From Octopus vulgaris (taxonomy: Eukaryota), in assembly GCA_951406725.2 (NCBI GenBank), contig OX597841.1:6324001-6388000 (forward strand): DNA of 64,000 bases, in the 5' to 3' direction. The notes under the pieces were generated by a model, which searched no databases, had not been told where the DNA came from, and was given only the letters and a program-made list of their open reading frames with translations. This document shows, in pieces, positions 41,834 through 54,156 of this stretch. How positions within the stretch are numbered: position 1 is the stretch's first letter; the number at the start of each line of letters is the position of its first letter. The translations under genes were made by a program, and so were the position numbers.

Positions 41834-42243
41834 GGCGATCTTTCGTCTCTAGTAGACCTTTCCGTCGATTTCCGTAAAAAAATTTTTTTCTTTTTACAGA
41901 TGGGCTTGCGGGAACTTTTGAAGTAATATACATACATATACACATACAGCGAGTAAAAAATTTCAGTTATCTCTCTCTTTCACACACACTAACAGAAGCA
42001 CTTCACTTACACAACATACTGTCTGTCTCCCACACCCCATCAAACACACACACACACACACATGTACATCAATGCTTCACATGCACGGTAACTTCAAAAG
42101 AACTTCCCTCGTCATACAATCGCTTTCTCTTAGTCTCTTTCGCTCTCATTACTTCAAAAGTTCCCGCAAGCCCATATGTAAAAAAAAAAAAAATTTTTTT
42201 TACGGAAATCGACGGAAAGGTCTACTAGAGACGAAAGATTGTC
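41834..42243. mobile_element. MITE of the 24671 family
   Basis: Same TIRs; TSD GTTTTACG. Confidence 0.88.
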
Positions 42244-42616
42244 GTTTTACGAAACTTCATCTTGTGATATGAAAAGCGAAAAAAAAAAAAATGCTTACCA
42301 TGGCAACGAGCGTCACTTCCGGCCTGGCAGCGTCACTTCCGATTGTTACCTCGAGCGATCGTCTGCAACTGCTTTCTGATGGGCTTTGATGTCTGTCAGT
42401 GCCTGCCCGAATCCTTTCACGTTAACCGGCATTTTAATCTCACTTCATTCCGTTTATCTTTTCTTTTCTTATTTAAAATTCTTTTACGCATCTTTACTTT
42501 CCTTTAATAGCCTCGTGACAGTTTCAAAAAGAAAGAATTCTTAGATGCAAAACAAAGGATAAGAAGAAACATGAAGCAATTGCTTTTTTAATAAAATGCG
42601 AATTGATTAAATAATA

Positions 42617-42780
42617 TAGGCGCAGGAGTGTGTGTGCGGTAAGTAGCTTGCTTACCAACCACATGGTTCCGGGTTCAGTCCCACTGCGTGACACCTTGCG
42701 CAAGTGTCTTCTACTACAGCCTCGGGCCGACCAAAGCCTTGTGAGTGGATTTGGTAGACGGAAACTGAAAGAAGCCCGTC

Positions 42781-42827
<47 letters not shown>

Positions 42828-43031
42828 TACATATACATATATATACATATACATATATATACATATATACGACAGGCTTCTTTCAGTTTCCGTCTACCAA
42901 ATCCACTCACAAGGCATTGGTCGGCCCGGGGCTATAGCAGAAGACACTTGCCCAAGATGCCACGCAGTGGGACTGAACCCGCAACCGTGTGGTTGGTTAG
43001 CAAGCTACTTACCACACAGCCACTCCTGCGC

Positions 43032-43126
<95 letters not shown>

Positions 43127-43340
43127 ATATTTATGTGTGTCTGTGTTTGCCCCCACAACATCGCTTGACAACCGATGCTGGCGTGCTTACGTCCACGTAA
43201 CGTAGCGGTTCGGCAAAATAGACCGATATAATAAGTACTAGGCTTACAAAGAATAAGTCCTGGGGTCGATTTTCCCGACTAAAGGCGGTGCTCCAGCATG
43301 GCCACAGTCAAATGCCTGAAACCAGTAAAAGACTAAAAGA
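42617..43340. mobile_element. Family A SINE (+) with an inverted SINE head nested in its TA tract
   Basis: Head 42617-42783 (+), head 42868-43033 (-), tail 43100-43340 (+). Confidence 0.85.
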
Positions 43341-43427
43341 GAGAGCAACGCGAAAAGGTGCAACTAATTCAAGCCTCAATTTTGCCCTTATATATATATA
43401 TATATATATTATATTAAATTATTATTA

Positions 43428-43496
<69 letters not shown>

Positions 43497-43506
43497 TAAA
43501 TTATTA

Positions 43507-43552
<46 letters not shown>

Positions 43553-44974
43553 GAGGGCCACCCTCGTCTACACACACACACACAGAGGCATAACTTGTTT
43601 TACGTAATCCCGATTTACGAAACTTCATCTTTACGAAAAGCGAAAAAAAAAAAAAAAAAATTTATCAAACAAATTTGATATGGCTCCTTCATCTGTTTGT
43701 ACCGTTTTGAAGCGAATGGAAGATATTTAAATTGAGTTAAAGGAAGTTACTCTCTAAATTCAACTTGTTTACGAAGAAAAGATAATGAAAGTTTAATTTC
43801 ATGCACAGAAAAACTGCTGACATCTTGTATTAACGATCAAATTCATAGATTTTATTTGTCACTTGGGCTGTACTTTTCAGTACAGCAGTTTAACTTTTTA
43901 ACCCGCTTAAGGATAAATAAGACGGATCGAAGGAAACATTTGTAGCGAGCTATTGTAGGTTCGATCGTTTCAAAAAACTAGCAAATCGACTCAATGGGAA
44001 GAGCCAAGGAGAATCGTCCGGCGCGGATCAAAAATCTGCCGGAATTTTTCAGTTGCTTTTTTCCAGCTGAAGAAATGTTGCATTTAACTTTTTTTCATTT
44101 TTTGCAGAGAAACGACTTCCAAGCGATTCTTCTTTTCCTCCCCCTTCTTCTTCTTGTTCTTCTCCTCCTCATTCTCCTTCTTCTTTTAGAAGATTTAATT
44201 GAAGAAGAAGGCTTTATTGGGATGGAAGCACTCCGTCGGTTCCGATGACGAGGGTTCCGGTTGATCCGAATCAACGGAACAGCCTGCTCGTGAAATTAAC
44301 GTGTAAGTGGCTGAGCACTCCACAGACACGTGTACCCTTAACGTAGTTCTCGGGGATATTCAGCGTGACACAGAGAGTGACAAGGCCCTTTGAAATACAG
44401 GTACAACAGAAACAGGAAGTAAGAGTGGTGAAAGTGTACAGCAGGGATCACCACCATCCCCTGCCGGAGCTTCGTGGAGCTTTAGGTGTTTTCACTCAAT
44501 AAACACTCACAACGCCCAGTCTGGGAATCGAAACCGCGATCCTAAGACCGCGAGTCCGCTGTCCTAACCACTGGGCCATTGCGCCTCCACAGAAGGCTTT
44601 ATTAAATATTTAACAACAAACAGCTTCAGATAATTTTTTTAACGAAAAAAACTCGGTACTTTTGGGTTATCTCCGTTAAAAAATTAGGTTATCTCCCCAT
44701 TTTTTACGAGAAAAATCGCTACTTTTGGTTATCTCCCTTAACTAAAAAATTATTTAACTCTCAATAAAAGAAAAAAATAAAAGAAAACAAATAAGGGAAA
44801 TATTAATAAACAAGAAAACTGAAAAAATTAAACATCTTATTTAAATCTAATAACAATTTTATAACAATTCATACCAAGCGCAGACAAGGAACCTTGCCCA
44901 CCACTGCGCAAGATCACCACAGTGAACAGACACGAGATGGCCTCCCCTGACGTCTGCACAGTCGTCACGCCAAT

Positions 44975-45100
44975 AGGGCTCGATATGAATCACGACTATA
45001 AGATACCCGGTTTTGGTTAAACTGCACCGCAAAATGTGGGAGTAGTTAGGAATCTAAATCGTAGGAGACAGACACACAACTTCACTTTTATATATAAAGA
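44975..45100 (-). mobile_element. Helitron-like 5' fragment
   Basis: Matches 21665-21791. Confidence 0.7.
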
Positions 45101-45181
45101 TATATATATCGGTCATTTCATAATGTCACCACGTGTGTGTCATTGCCGATTTTCTTCCTCCGTTTTCCTCTGGAATTGCCT

Positions 45182-45220
45182 GTATTTCTGAAGAAGGGCT
45201 TGGCTCGAAACTTTAAATAC
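45182..45220 (+). ncRNA. Minimal Penelope-type hammerhead, stem III mutated
   Basis: GTATTT-CTGAAGA-A-GGGC ttg GCTC-GAAAC TTT|AAATAC; homologous to 12643. Confidence 0.6.
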
Positions 45221-45723
45221 TCTTTCCTTCCTTTCCTGGGCGTCTGATAAAACAGTGGTTGTACCACGGCCTCGCCTTCTTGCTTTTCCGTGTTTGTTCG
45301 GCTTCACTACATTTATACGGAAATTGCCGAACAAATAGTTTCACTTTCCCGAGAAAGTAGGTAGAAATATTCACTACAAAAAACGACGAGCAATAACTAA
45401 ACGAATCCTATTTCAATAACGTTGAAAAGTTCTCAACATTTATCCTAATATCATTTCAATAACATCCAAACTCTCTCAACAAAACATAAAGTTTTTCCGT
45501 AAAAATCTCAACAGTTCTCGTCATCTTCATCTATGTAAACTGTTGACCTCCGACGCTAGAAATAGCAGTCACCTCCCAAAATCAGGAGTCATATACAGCT
45601 CCTAGTAGTCGTAGTATAGACATATGGTGGTATTCACACATATACCAGCCACACCCTCCTCAATCCGTGTGTATTTTGCTTAATGGCTACTTCAGCCGAT
45701 AATTCACGCAACAATCAGAAATT

Positions 45724-46148
45724 GGCAATCTTTCGTCTCTAGTAGACCTTTCCGTCGATTTCCGTAAAAATTATTTTTTTTTTACATATGGGCTTGCGGG
45801 AACTTTTGAAGTAATGAGAGCGAAAGAGACTAAGAGAAAGCCATTTTATGACGAGGGAAGTTCTTTTGAAGTTACCGTGCATGGCAAGCATTGATGTACA
45901 TGTGTGTGTGTGTGTTTGATGGGGTGTGGGAGACAGACAGTATGTTGTGTAAGTGAAGTGCTTCTGTTAGTGTGTGTGAAGAGACAGAGAGAGTAATGTG
46001 TGAAAGAAAGAGATAACTGAAATTTTTTACTCGGTGTATGTGTATATGTATGTATATTACTTCAAAAGTTCCCGCAAGCCCATATGTAAAAAAAATATTT
46101 TTTTTTACGGAAATCGACTGAAAGGTCTACTAGAGACGAAAGATCGCC
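45724..46148. mobile_element. MITE of the 24671 family
   Basis: Same TIRs; TSD CAGAAATT. Confidence 0.88.
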
Positions 46149-47026
46149 CAGAAATTTAATTATTTTATCGGTGGAAGTAAAGAATGCGCACACCACCCGT
46201 TTTCATCGTAACCCTAACCCGAACCCAAAACCTGAGCCCAAAACCCTAACCCTAAACCCGACCCTAAACATCGGAAGTGCATGTTCTTTACCTTCGCCTG
46301 TTTATCATAAATTTTTTTACGCATACAACAAAATTATATCACAACCTTTCTTTCACACTTTAAATATTTTCATAAATTAAAAACTAGCGTAAAAGCTTAT
46401 ACATTTTATTATTTCGTTGTCATTTCAGAGACTTTGTGTTGATAACAGGAGATTATTCACCATAGTAACAAAGAAACAAAATGGAATAATTGAAAAAGAT
46501 ATAACGCAATGGTGCTGAGATAGTTTAATGCAGTGAGAGAAGAAATTTCTCTTTGGCAGAGAAACTTTTACGAATCCAGCGATATAGGAAAATACATAAA
46601 TAAAATAGCCTACATATTAATATTGTTCATATTTAGTTGTATATAAAAGAATGTTGGTTCAATTTTCAGAATGTAGGATTATTTTGTAATTTAGAATGGA
46701 CCTATAAGTCACTGGTGTTCTTAGTAAAATTCATGGTAGGAAATAGTTTTAGTTAAGCACCTTCAAATGTTAGTGGATATTTATTAAGTCAAATCAAGTT
46801 TGTAATCACATAAGCAATTTTTTTCTGTTGAAAACCTCATATTAATCTATTTATCAATATATACTGTAGGTATTATGCGTGAAAACTGTGTACTTCCTTG
46901 TAGATATATTAGTTCCTAAAATATGTGTTTGTAAAATATATTCTTTTCGTATAATATGGAGATGTATCAGAAATTCTCACCGTAAGAAGCTTCGATTCTC
47001 TTTAAGGATCTCACATCTGAAATATT

Positions 47027-47878
47027 TTACCTCCTCGGTTCAAACTTTAGTTCTTTGCGCAATGTCGTCATAATCTGAGGCATTTGTTTAAAGTCAGAAT
47101 TAACCCTTTCACCTTCCAAATTAAAGGAAATTTGCAATTCAAGGGAGGCAACATGGTTACAGACCGCAGCTAACAGTTTCATAATTTCATATTCTGCGCC
47201 GTATTCCATCAACATTCTACTTAAAGTTTGCATAAACCATGAACCTGTATCTTTATCCCTTATTGACGGATATTTATTTGATGACGAATGGAAAACCAAC
47301 ATATCTGCCATGATTGGAATTTTCGGTGGCTTTTTTCCAGATTCTTCTTCCTCGGCATCGTTTCTTTCGACTCCAACATCAATCTTGCTTCCACGACATG
47401 TTTGAATAAATATTAATTTAGGTATTCCTGTTAGAGACGGACAGCGATCGGGTCTCAGGTAAGAAAGCAATTCGTCTAGCTCAACTTTACCTTCGTATCC
47501 ATATATGATATCGTCTTCACCGCCATGGCTCAGAATCGCACAAATAAAGCAGTCAATATTACCTTCAATATCAGGATTATCTTGCTCAAACTCGTTCAAA
47601 GCCTTGCGCATCTCATCGGCACTTTCATCTGTATGAACTTTGATGTCATCTTCACGAAATCCAAGATTTAATAATGATGCTTTAAAATCTTCTGTGTCTT
47701 TTGATGAGCCGTGACGAGTTGAAAGTTTTGAGTCTTTAAAATTCTCATTGTTGAAGATGTAAGCAACACCTCGCTTTTTATGTGTCATGTCATATTTATC
47801 GAAACATTTCATTAAATCTTCCCTAGTTGGTTGATGGAACTGAGCTTCTGTACTCACATTCTCACGTTCAGCATCCAT
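47027..47878 (-). CDS. Single-exon caspase-3/7-like protease with QTCRG active site
   Basis: 283 aa with RHGSSKD, LSHG, PKLIFIQTCRG, SIRD..GSWF and KQMP. Confidence 0.94.
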   Translation of the reverse strand: MDAERENVSTEAQFHQPTREDLMKCFDKYDMTHKKRGVAYIFNNENFKDSKLSTRHGSSKDTEDFKASLLNLGFREDDIKVHTDESADEMRKALNEFEQDNPDIEGNIDCFICAILSHGGEDDIIYGYEGKVELDELLSYLRPDRCPSLTGIPKLIFIQTCRGSKIDVGVERNDAEEEESGKKPPKIPIMADMLVFHSSSNKYPSIRDKDTGSWFMQTLSRMLMEYGAEYEIMKLLAAVCNHVASLELQISFNLEGERVNSDFKQMPQIMTTLRKELKFEPRR

Positions 47879-47945
47879 ATCATCCGTTCTAGAAATGCGA
47901 TAAGCTGAAATTAGTTCCGGGTATGGTATATAGATTGATAGTTAA

Positions 47946-47970
47946 TGCGCATGCGTTTGCGAAATCCAAC
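47946..47970 (-). promoter_or_regulatory. Conserved caspase promoter motif (NRF1-like)
   Basis: Minus strand GTTGGATTTCGCAAACGCATGCGCA. Confidence 0.65.
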
Positions 47971-48169
47971 CGAATTGCTTTTGACCTGAAATCCAAAGAG
48001 AAAGTGAAGTTGTTTTTCAACAGGAATTAAATGAAACGACAACTGGTTGCATGTAAACTGCAATCGGCTGCTCAGCACTTCACCTGCACAAACCAGGTCA
48101 GCCTTCAGACGAGATCAAAGGCTTTCGAAATTTCCTCATTCGCTTTCAAATAACATTTATTTATTTGTT

Positions 48170-48201
48170 ACCTTCTTTCTTCCTTTCTTTCTTTCTTTCA
48201 T

Positions 48202-48238
<37 letters not shown>

Positions 48239-48525
48239 ATTCTTTCCTTCCTTTCCTCTTTCTATCTCTCTTTCTTTCTTCCTTCCTTTTTTCTCTCTTT
48301 CTTTCTTTCTCTCTTTCATTCTTTCTTTCTTTCACTCTTTCCTTCTTTCTTTCTTTCTTTCTTCTTTCCTTCCTTCCTTTCCCTTTCTATCTCTCTTTCT
48401 TTCTTCCTTCCTTTTTTCTCTCTCTCTTTCTTTCTTTCTTCCTTTCTTTCTTTCCTTCCTTCTTCCTCTCCTTCTTTCTTTCTTTCTCTCCTTCTTTCTT
48501 TCTCTCTCTTTCTTTCTTTCCTTCT
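48170..48525. repeat. (TTTC)-rich tract upstream of caspase
   Basis: Homologous tracts at 55300-55975 and, inverted, at 15250-15370. Confidence 0.9.
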
Positions 48526-48676
48526 TGTCGGGGAAAAGATTTCTGTTTTCGAGTAACCGGTGTGTTGTATCAGAGTTGATCTGCATTTAAACTACCTTAA
48601 TCCAGACAGATTTGTGTGTGTGTGTGTGTAATGGCAGGAATAAGATAAACGCACTCCCACCTGCCAAATTACCATA

Positions 48677-49078
48677 TCTATATATATAAAACTGTAGTAG
48701 TGTGAGTGTCTGTCCCCTTCGATTTAGATTCCTAACGACTCCCACATTTTGCGGTGCAGTTTAACCAAAACCGGGTATCTTATAGTCGTGATTCATATCG
48801 AGCCCTTCTGGGTATTAGCGCGTGTCTACGATGAGTCCACGATTTAAAAAAAAACTTATCATAATTTTTTCCCATTTTTAATCCATTTTTTTCGCTATTA
48901 TATAAGGGAAATAACCCTCTAAAAATGTATTATTAAATCTCAGAACGTAAAAAGCTACAGTAACCCCCCCCCCCTTGTGGTAAGCCATATTGAGATGGCT
49001 ATTATACTTTACATCTCTAAAAATGCTTATATAGTTATTTCCCTTACAAACCCGAGCAACGCCGGGCGATACTGCTAG
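48677..49078 (+). mobile_element. Helitron-like element carrying a retrozyme-related segment
   Basis: A|TC...hairpin...CTAG|T; 48948-49007 resembles 7780-7837. Confidence 0.8.
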
Positions 49079-49089
49079 TATATATATAT

Positions 49090-49318
49090 TTCTTTACTGC
49101 CCACAAGGAGCTAACACACAGAGGGGACAAACAATGACAGACAAACGGATTAAGTCGATTATGTCGACCCCAGTGCGTAACTGGTACTTAATTTATCGAC
49201 CCCGAAAGGATGAAAGGCAAAGTCGACCTCGGCGGAATTTGAACTCAGAACGTAACGGCAGCCGAAATACCGCTAAGCATTTCGCCCGGCGTGCTAACGT
49301 TTCTGCCAGCTCGCCGCC

Positions 49319-49320
<2 letters not shown>
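49090..49320 (-). mobile_element. SINE family C (tRNA-like head)
   Basis: Reverse complement GGCGGCGAGCTGGCAGAAACGTTAG...GAGTTCAAATTCC; a 3' fragment lies at 15588-15684. Confidence 0.75.
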
Positions 49321-49359
<39 letters not shown>

Positions 49360-50201
49360 GGGTGATCGAGAGAAAGAGAGGGAGATGAGTACACCTTGCC
49401 CTGCGTCTACCCTGCTTGGTTTTAAACCATGGAATCACTTCCATGTGGAAAGATTGGAAGCCCTATTTATATCGTCATTGACCGTTCTTAATATGTCCCC
49501 TGCTCGCCACACCAATTTCTGATAAGTTGTATTTTCAATTTTATATTTTTATTCATCATTCAATTTATATTCTTGCGGAGGAAGTAAGAGTGAAAGTTGT
49601 GGCAAAAAAGTACAGCAGGGATCACCACCATCCCCTGCCAGAGCCTTTTGGAGCTTAAGGTGTTTTCGCTCAATAAACACTCACAACGCCCGGTCTGGGA
49701 ATCGAAACCGCGATCCTAAGACCACGAGTTCGCTGCCCTAACCACTGGGCCATTCGCCTCCACAGAAGGCTTTATTAAATATTTAACAACAAACAGCTTC
49801 AGATAATTTTTTTAACGTAAAAAACTCGGTACTTTTGGGTTATCTCCGTTAAAAACTTGGGTTATCTCCCCATTTTTTACGAGAAATATTGCTACTTTTG
49901 GTTATCTCCCTTTACTAAATATTATTTAACTCTCAATAAAAGAAAAAAAGAAAAAAGAAAACAAATAATAGAAATATTAATAAACAAGAAAACTGAAAAA
50001 ATTAAACATCTTATTAAAATCTGATAACATTTTTATAACAATTCATACCAAGCGCAGACAAGGAACCTTGCCCACCACTGCGCAAGACCACCACAGTCAA
50101 CAGACACGGGATGGCCTCCCCTAACGACTGCACAGTCGTCACGCCAATATTTTTTACTAATTATTGGGAGCCTGTCGCATCATAATTAAAGCAAAATTTC
50201 T

Positions 50202-50615
50202 GGATCTTTTCGGTTTGAACGGCAGTTTTTTCTAGCGGTGTCATGAAATTGTCACCCATAATTATGACCCTAGTATCGATCTATTGCATTTAAATCTCTT
50301 TTAGGGTTAGGGTTAGGGGTGGGGGGAAGGTATCTTTTTTTGTTCACAAATGTAAATAAACCAAATCTGCTTCTTAAGCGAGGGACATATTCATACGGCA
50401 CAGGATGTTTTCACCTCAATAGACGTCATTGATTGGTTGAAATTGCAGAAATTGAAGAAAAACAACAACAAATGTCTAACAAATTATAGAATTTTCTCGA
50501 TAAAGCCAAGAGAAAAAGATGTTTTATAAACACATTCTACCAGTATACGAAGTTTAAAAGTGTTTAGTTGCGTGGAAATCATTTTAAAAAACTGCCGTTC
50601 AAACCGAAAAGATCC
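50202..50615. mobile_element. MITE of the 8143 family
   Basis: Same TIRs; TSD AAATTTCT. Confidence 0.85.
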
Positions 50616-50624
50616 AAATTTCTT

Positions 50625-51290
50625 TCCTGAGAGACCTTGCTGTACGCAATCAAGTCCTATGCACAGCACTCCTAGAAACTCACCCCAGCCCAGATATAGA
50701 GGATGCAGAAGTACACGGACCAAAATATGCCATACTGCGAACAGACAGAAAGGAAAGGAGCCAGAGTGGAGTTGCTGTATACATCCATGATGACCTCACA
50801 CCCCCAGGTCTTACTCTCATACTCAAATTCATTATGTGACACTCTAACTGTATACATAAGACAACACAATACATATTGACCATCGGATGCCCCAAACCAC
50901 ATAGGTAAGTTTGAAGATTGCCTCAGAAAAATTAAAGAAATCCTCATGAATCTGGAACACCACGTGACCATATTACTTATGGGTGATTTCAACTTCCCCA
51001 ACGTCAAATGGCCCGAAGGTCTCATGCTCTCAGGAATGACTCACTGCAAGCAAGCACAGGTGGAGTCCCTGCTCAACCTCACCAATGCCCTATTCATGGA
51101 GCAAGCTGTGCTCAGACCAACTAGGGCGAATAACATTTTGCCTCTCTGCTTCATGAAGAATATGGACATCATTCATGATGTGAAAGTGACTCCGACATTA
51201 GTCTCGGATCACAACATAATAGAGCTGTCTATGTTTGGGCCGAAAGTAACCAGAGACATACAGCGCAAGGGAAGCACCCGAAATCTAATT
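50625..51290 (+). mobile_element. LINE (CR1/L2-like) apurinic endonuclease fragment
   Basis: DR..SGVAVYI, LMGDFNFPNVKW, PTRANNIL and SDH motifs, disrupted. Confidence 0.75.
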
Positions 51291-52018
51291 GAAGTATTGA
51301 ATCAACAGGATCAAACTCGTTTCATCCAATCTCTTGTCGCCACAGAAACTCAATTTTCAAGTGGGGAGATAACCCAGTTTTTAAATGGCAATTTTTTAAT
51401 GGGGGTGAGATAAGCAAAAAGTACCGAAAACTAAAATGGACCAACCACGAAAACAAAAAGAAACGCATCAAATGGAACTGACATTCGCTCAAGAGGCCCC
51501 AGTAACAGCAGATCCGATGGATACGAATCAAATTTCAGGAGTTGAATTTTTGGGGGCGTAACTTCGGTATAAGTACCGGATGCATCTCAAGAAAGTGCTT
51601 ATATATATATATATATATATATATGGGAGGTATAGGGGTGGGAGATATATATATATGGGAGGTTAGGGGTGGGAGAGAAGGGTTTCTGTTATCTTCAGAA
51701 ATGTAAACAAAGCAACTTCCGGTACGCATACCGTAGGATCGCCTTTTTTTGTTTTAAATGTTTTTCTATTTTTTCATTCAGTTGTTTGTGATTTAATAAA
51801 AGAAATTATACTCTTCAATATTGCTATTTTTATCTTGACCTTTTTCTTTCTTTTTTTCCAATTTTAGAAATTTTAAGTATCAACTTCTTTAATGGGAAAC
51901 AATTAAAGGTATCTCCATTGTTTTTTTTTTAATGGACGATAATACCCCACTATACGAATGTTTCACTTTACGAAAGAATGGATTCGTAAACATGGGGTCC
52001 GCTTGTATGTATGTATAT

Positions 52019-52320
52019 ATATTAGAAGAAATGAGGTACTCAGAAATTCGGATGGTTTTATATTTACAGATATTTATTTGTATATTACATGTTTTTATAC
52101 ATCATATAACTTATATCATATATCATATGTTAACGCTTTCGTCCATTCTGGTGGATTTTTCAAATTGAACTCAATTTGAAAAATCCACCAGAATGGACGA
52201 AAGCGCTGATTTATGATATATTATATAAGTTATATAATGTATAAAAACATGTAATATACAAATAAATATCTGTAAATATAAAACCATCCGAATTTCTGAG
52301 TACCTCATTTCTTCTAATAT
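52019..52320. repeat. 150-bp-arm palindrome with hammerhead-like motifs
   Basis: 52019-52168 and 52171-52320 are inverted with a 2-nt spacer. Confidence 0.85.
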
Positions 52321-52347
52321 TAAATACCTGTACATCATCTCCAAACC

Positions 52348-52400
<53 letters not shown>

Positions 52401-53361
52401 GTATATATACTTGTTGTGCAAGATTTTTTATGTGAAGTCGTGTGTTGAAATAGATATTGTTATATTTCGGAATGGTCATTTTGCCAGTTTAGCCAATAAA
52501 AACACACGCACTATATATTTGGTGTTACTATATTTGGAGTTCTTTCGTCACACTCCTGTGACCGCATCAGTGAAATTTAATTATTTTATCGGCGGAAGTA
52601 AAGAATGCGCACACCACTCGTTTTCATCGTAACCCTAACCCGAACCCAAAACCTGAGCCCAAAACCCTAACCCTAAACCCGACCCTAATCATCGGAGGTG
52701 CATGTTCTTTACCTTCGCCTGTTTATCATAAATTTTTTTACGCACACAACAAAATTATATCACAACCTTTCTTTCACACTTTAAATATTTTCATAAATTA
52801 AAAACTAGCGTAAAAACTTATACATTTTATTATTTCGTTGTCATTTCAGAGACTCTGTGTTGATAACAGGAGATTATTCACCATAGCAACAAAGAAAAAA
52901 AATGGAATAATTGAAAAAGATATAACGCAATGGTGCTGAGATAGTTTAATGCAGTGAGAGAAGAAAGATAAAAAATTTCTCTTTGCCAGAGAAACTGTTA
53001 CGAATCCAGCGATATAGGACGATACATGAATAAAATAGCCTAGATATTAATATTGTTCATATTTAGTTGTATATAAAAGAATGTTGGTTCAATTTTCAGA
53101 GTGTAGAATTATTTTGAAATTTAGAATGTTCGCAGAAGGCACTGGTGTTTTTAGTAAAATTCATGGTAGGAAATAGTTTTAGTTAAGCACCTAAAAATGT
53201 TAGTGGATATTTATTAAGTCAAATCAAGTTTGTAATCATATTAGTAATTTTTTGGTTGAAAACATTATATATACTTATCAATCTATACTGCAGGTTTTAC
53301 GAGTAAAAACTTTGTACTTCTTTGTAGATATATGAGTTCCTAAAATATGCTATTTTTGTAA

Positions 53362-53680
53362 TTAAGAATGTATGTTTACCGAAATATCTTCGTTCCTCCG
53401 TTCAAACTTTGGATTTTTGAGCAATGTCGACATAATCTGAGGCATTTGTTTACAACCATAGTATTCCGGATTATCCGAACTTTGGAATTCTAAAGAGGCA
53501 ACATAGTTAGCGGTTAAAAGTGTCATCATTTCGTATTTAGTGCCATATTCCTTCAACATTTTACTTAAAGTTTGCATAAACCACGAACCTGTATCTTTAT
53601 CCTTCATTGACGGATATTTATTTGGTGACGAATGGAAAACCAACATATCTGCCATGATTGGAATTTTCGGTGGCTTTTTC
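53362..53680 (-). pseudogene. 5'-truncated caspase (small subunit only)
   Basis: KKPPKIPIMADMLVFHSS..GSWF..KQMP. Directly upstream is the 3' flank of the 54157 gene. The S1 Arg is replaced (SMKD). Confidence 0.85.
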
Positions 53681-54156
53681 TCTTTGGGAGAGAAACTTTT
53701 ACAAATCCAGCGATATAGGAAAATACATGAATAAAATAGCCTAGATATTAATATTATCCATATTTAGTTGTATAATTAAGAATGTTGGTTCAATTTTCAG
53801 AATGTGGAATTTTTTTGAAATGTTGACTGGACCTATAAGTCACTGGTGTTCTTAGTAAAATTTGTGGTAGGAAATAGTTTTAGTTAAGCACCTAAAAATG
53901 TTAGTGGATATTTATTAAATCAAATCAAGTTTGTAATCACATAAGGACTTTTTTTTGCTGAAAACCTCATATTAATCTATTTATCAATATATACTGTAGG
54001 TATTATGCGTGAAAACTGTGTACTTCCTTGTAGATATATTAGTTCCTAAAATATGTGTTTGTAAAATATATTCTTTTCGTATAATATGGAGATGTATCAG
54101 AAATTCTCACCGTAAGAAGCTTCGATTCTCTTTAAGGATCTCACACCTGAAATGTT

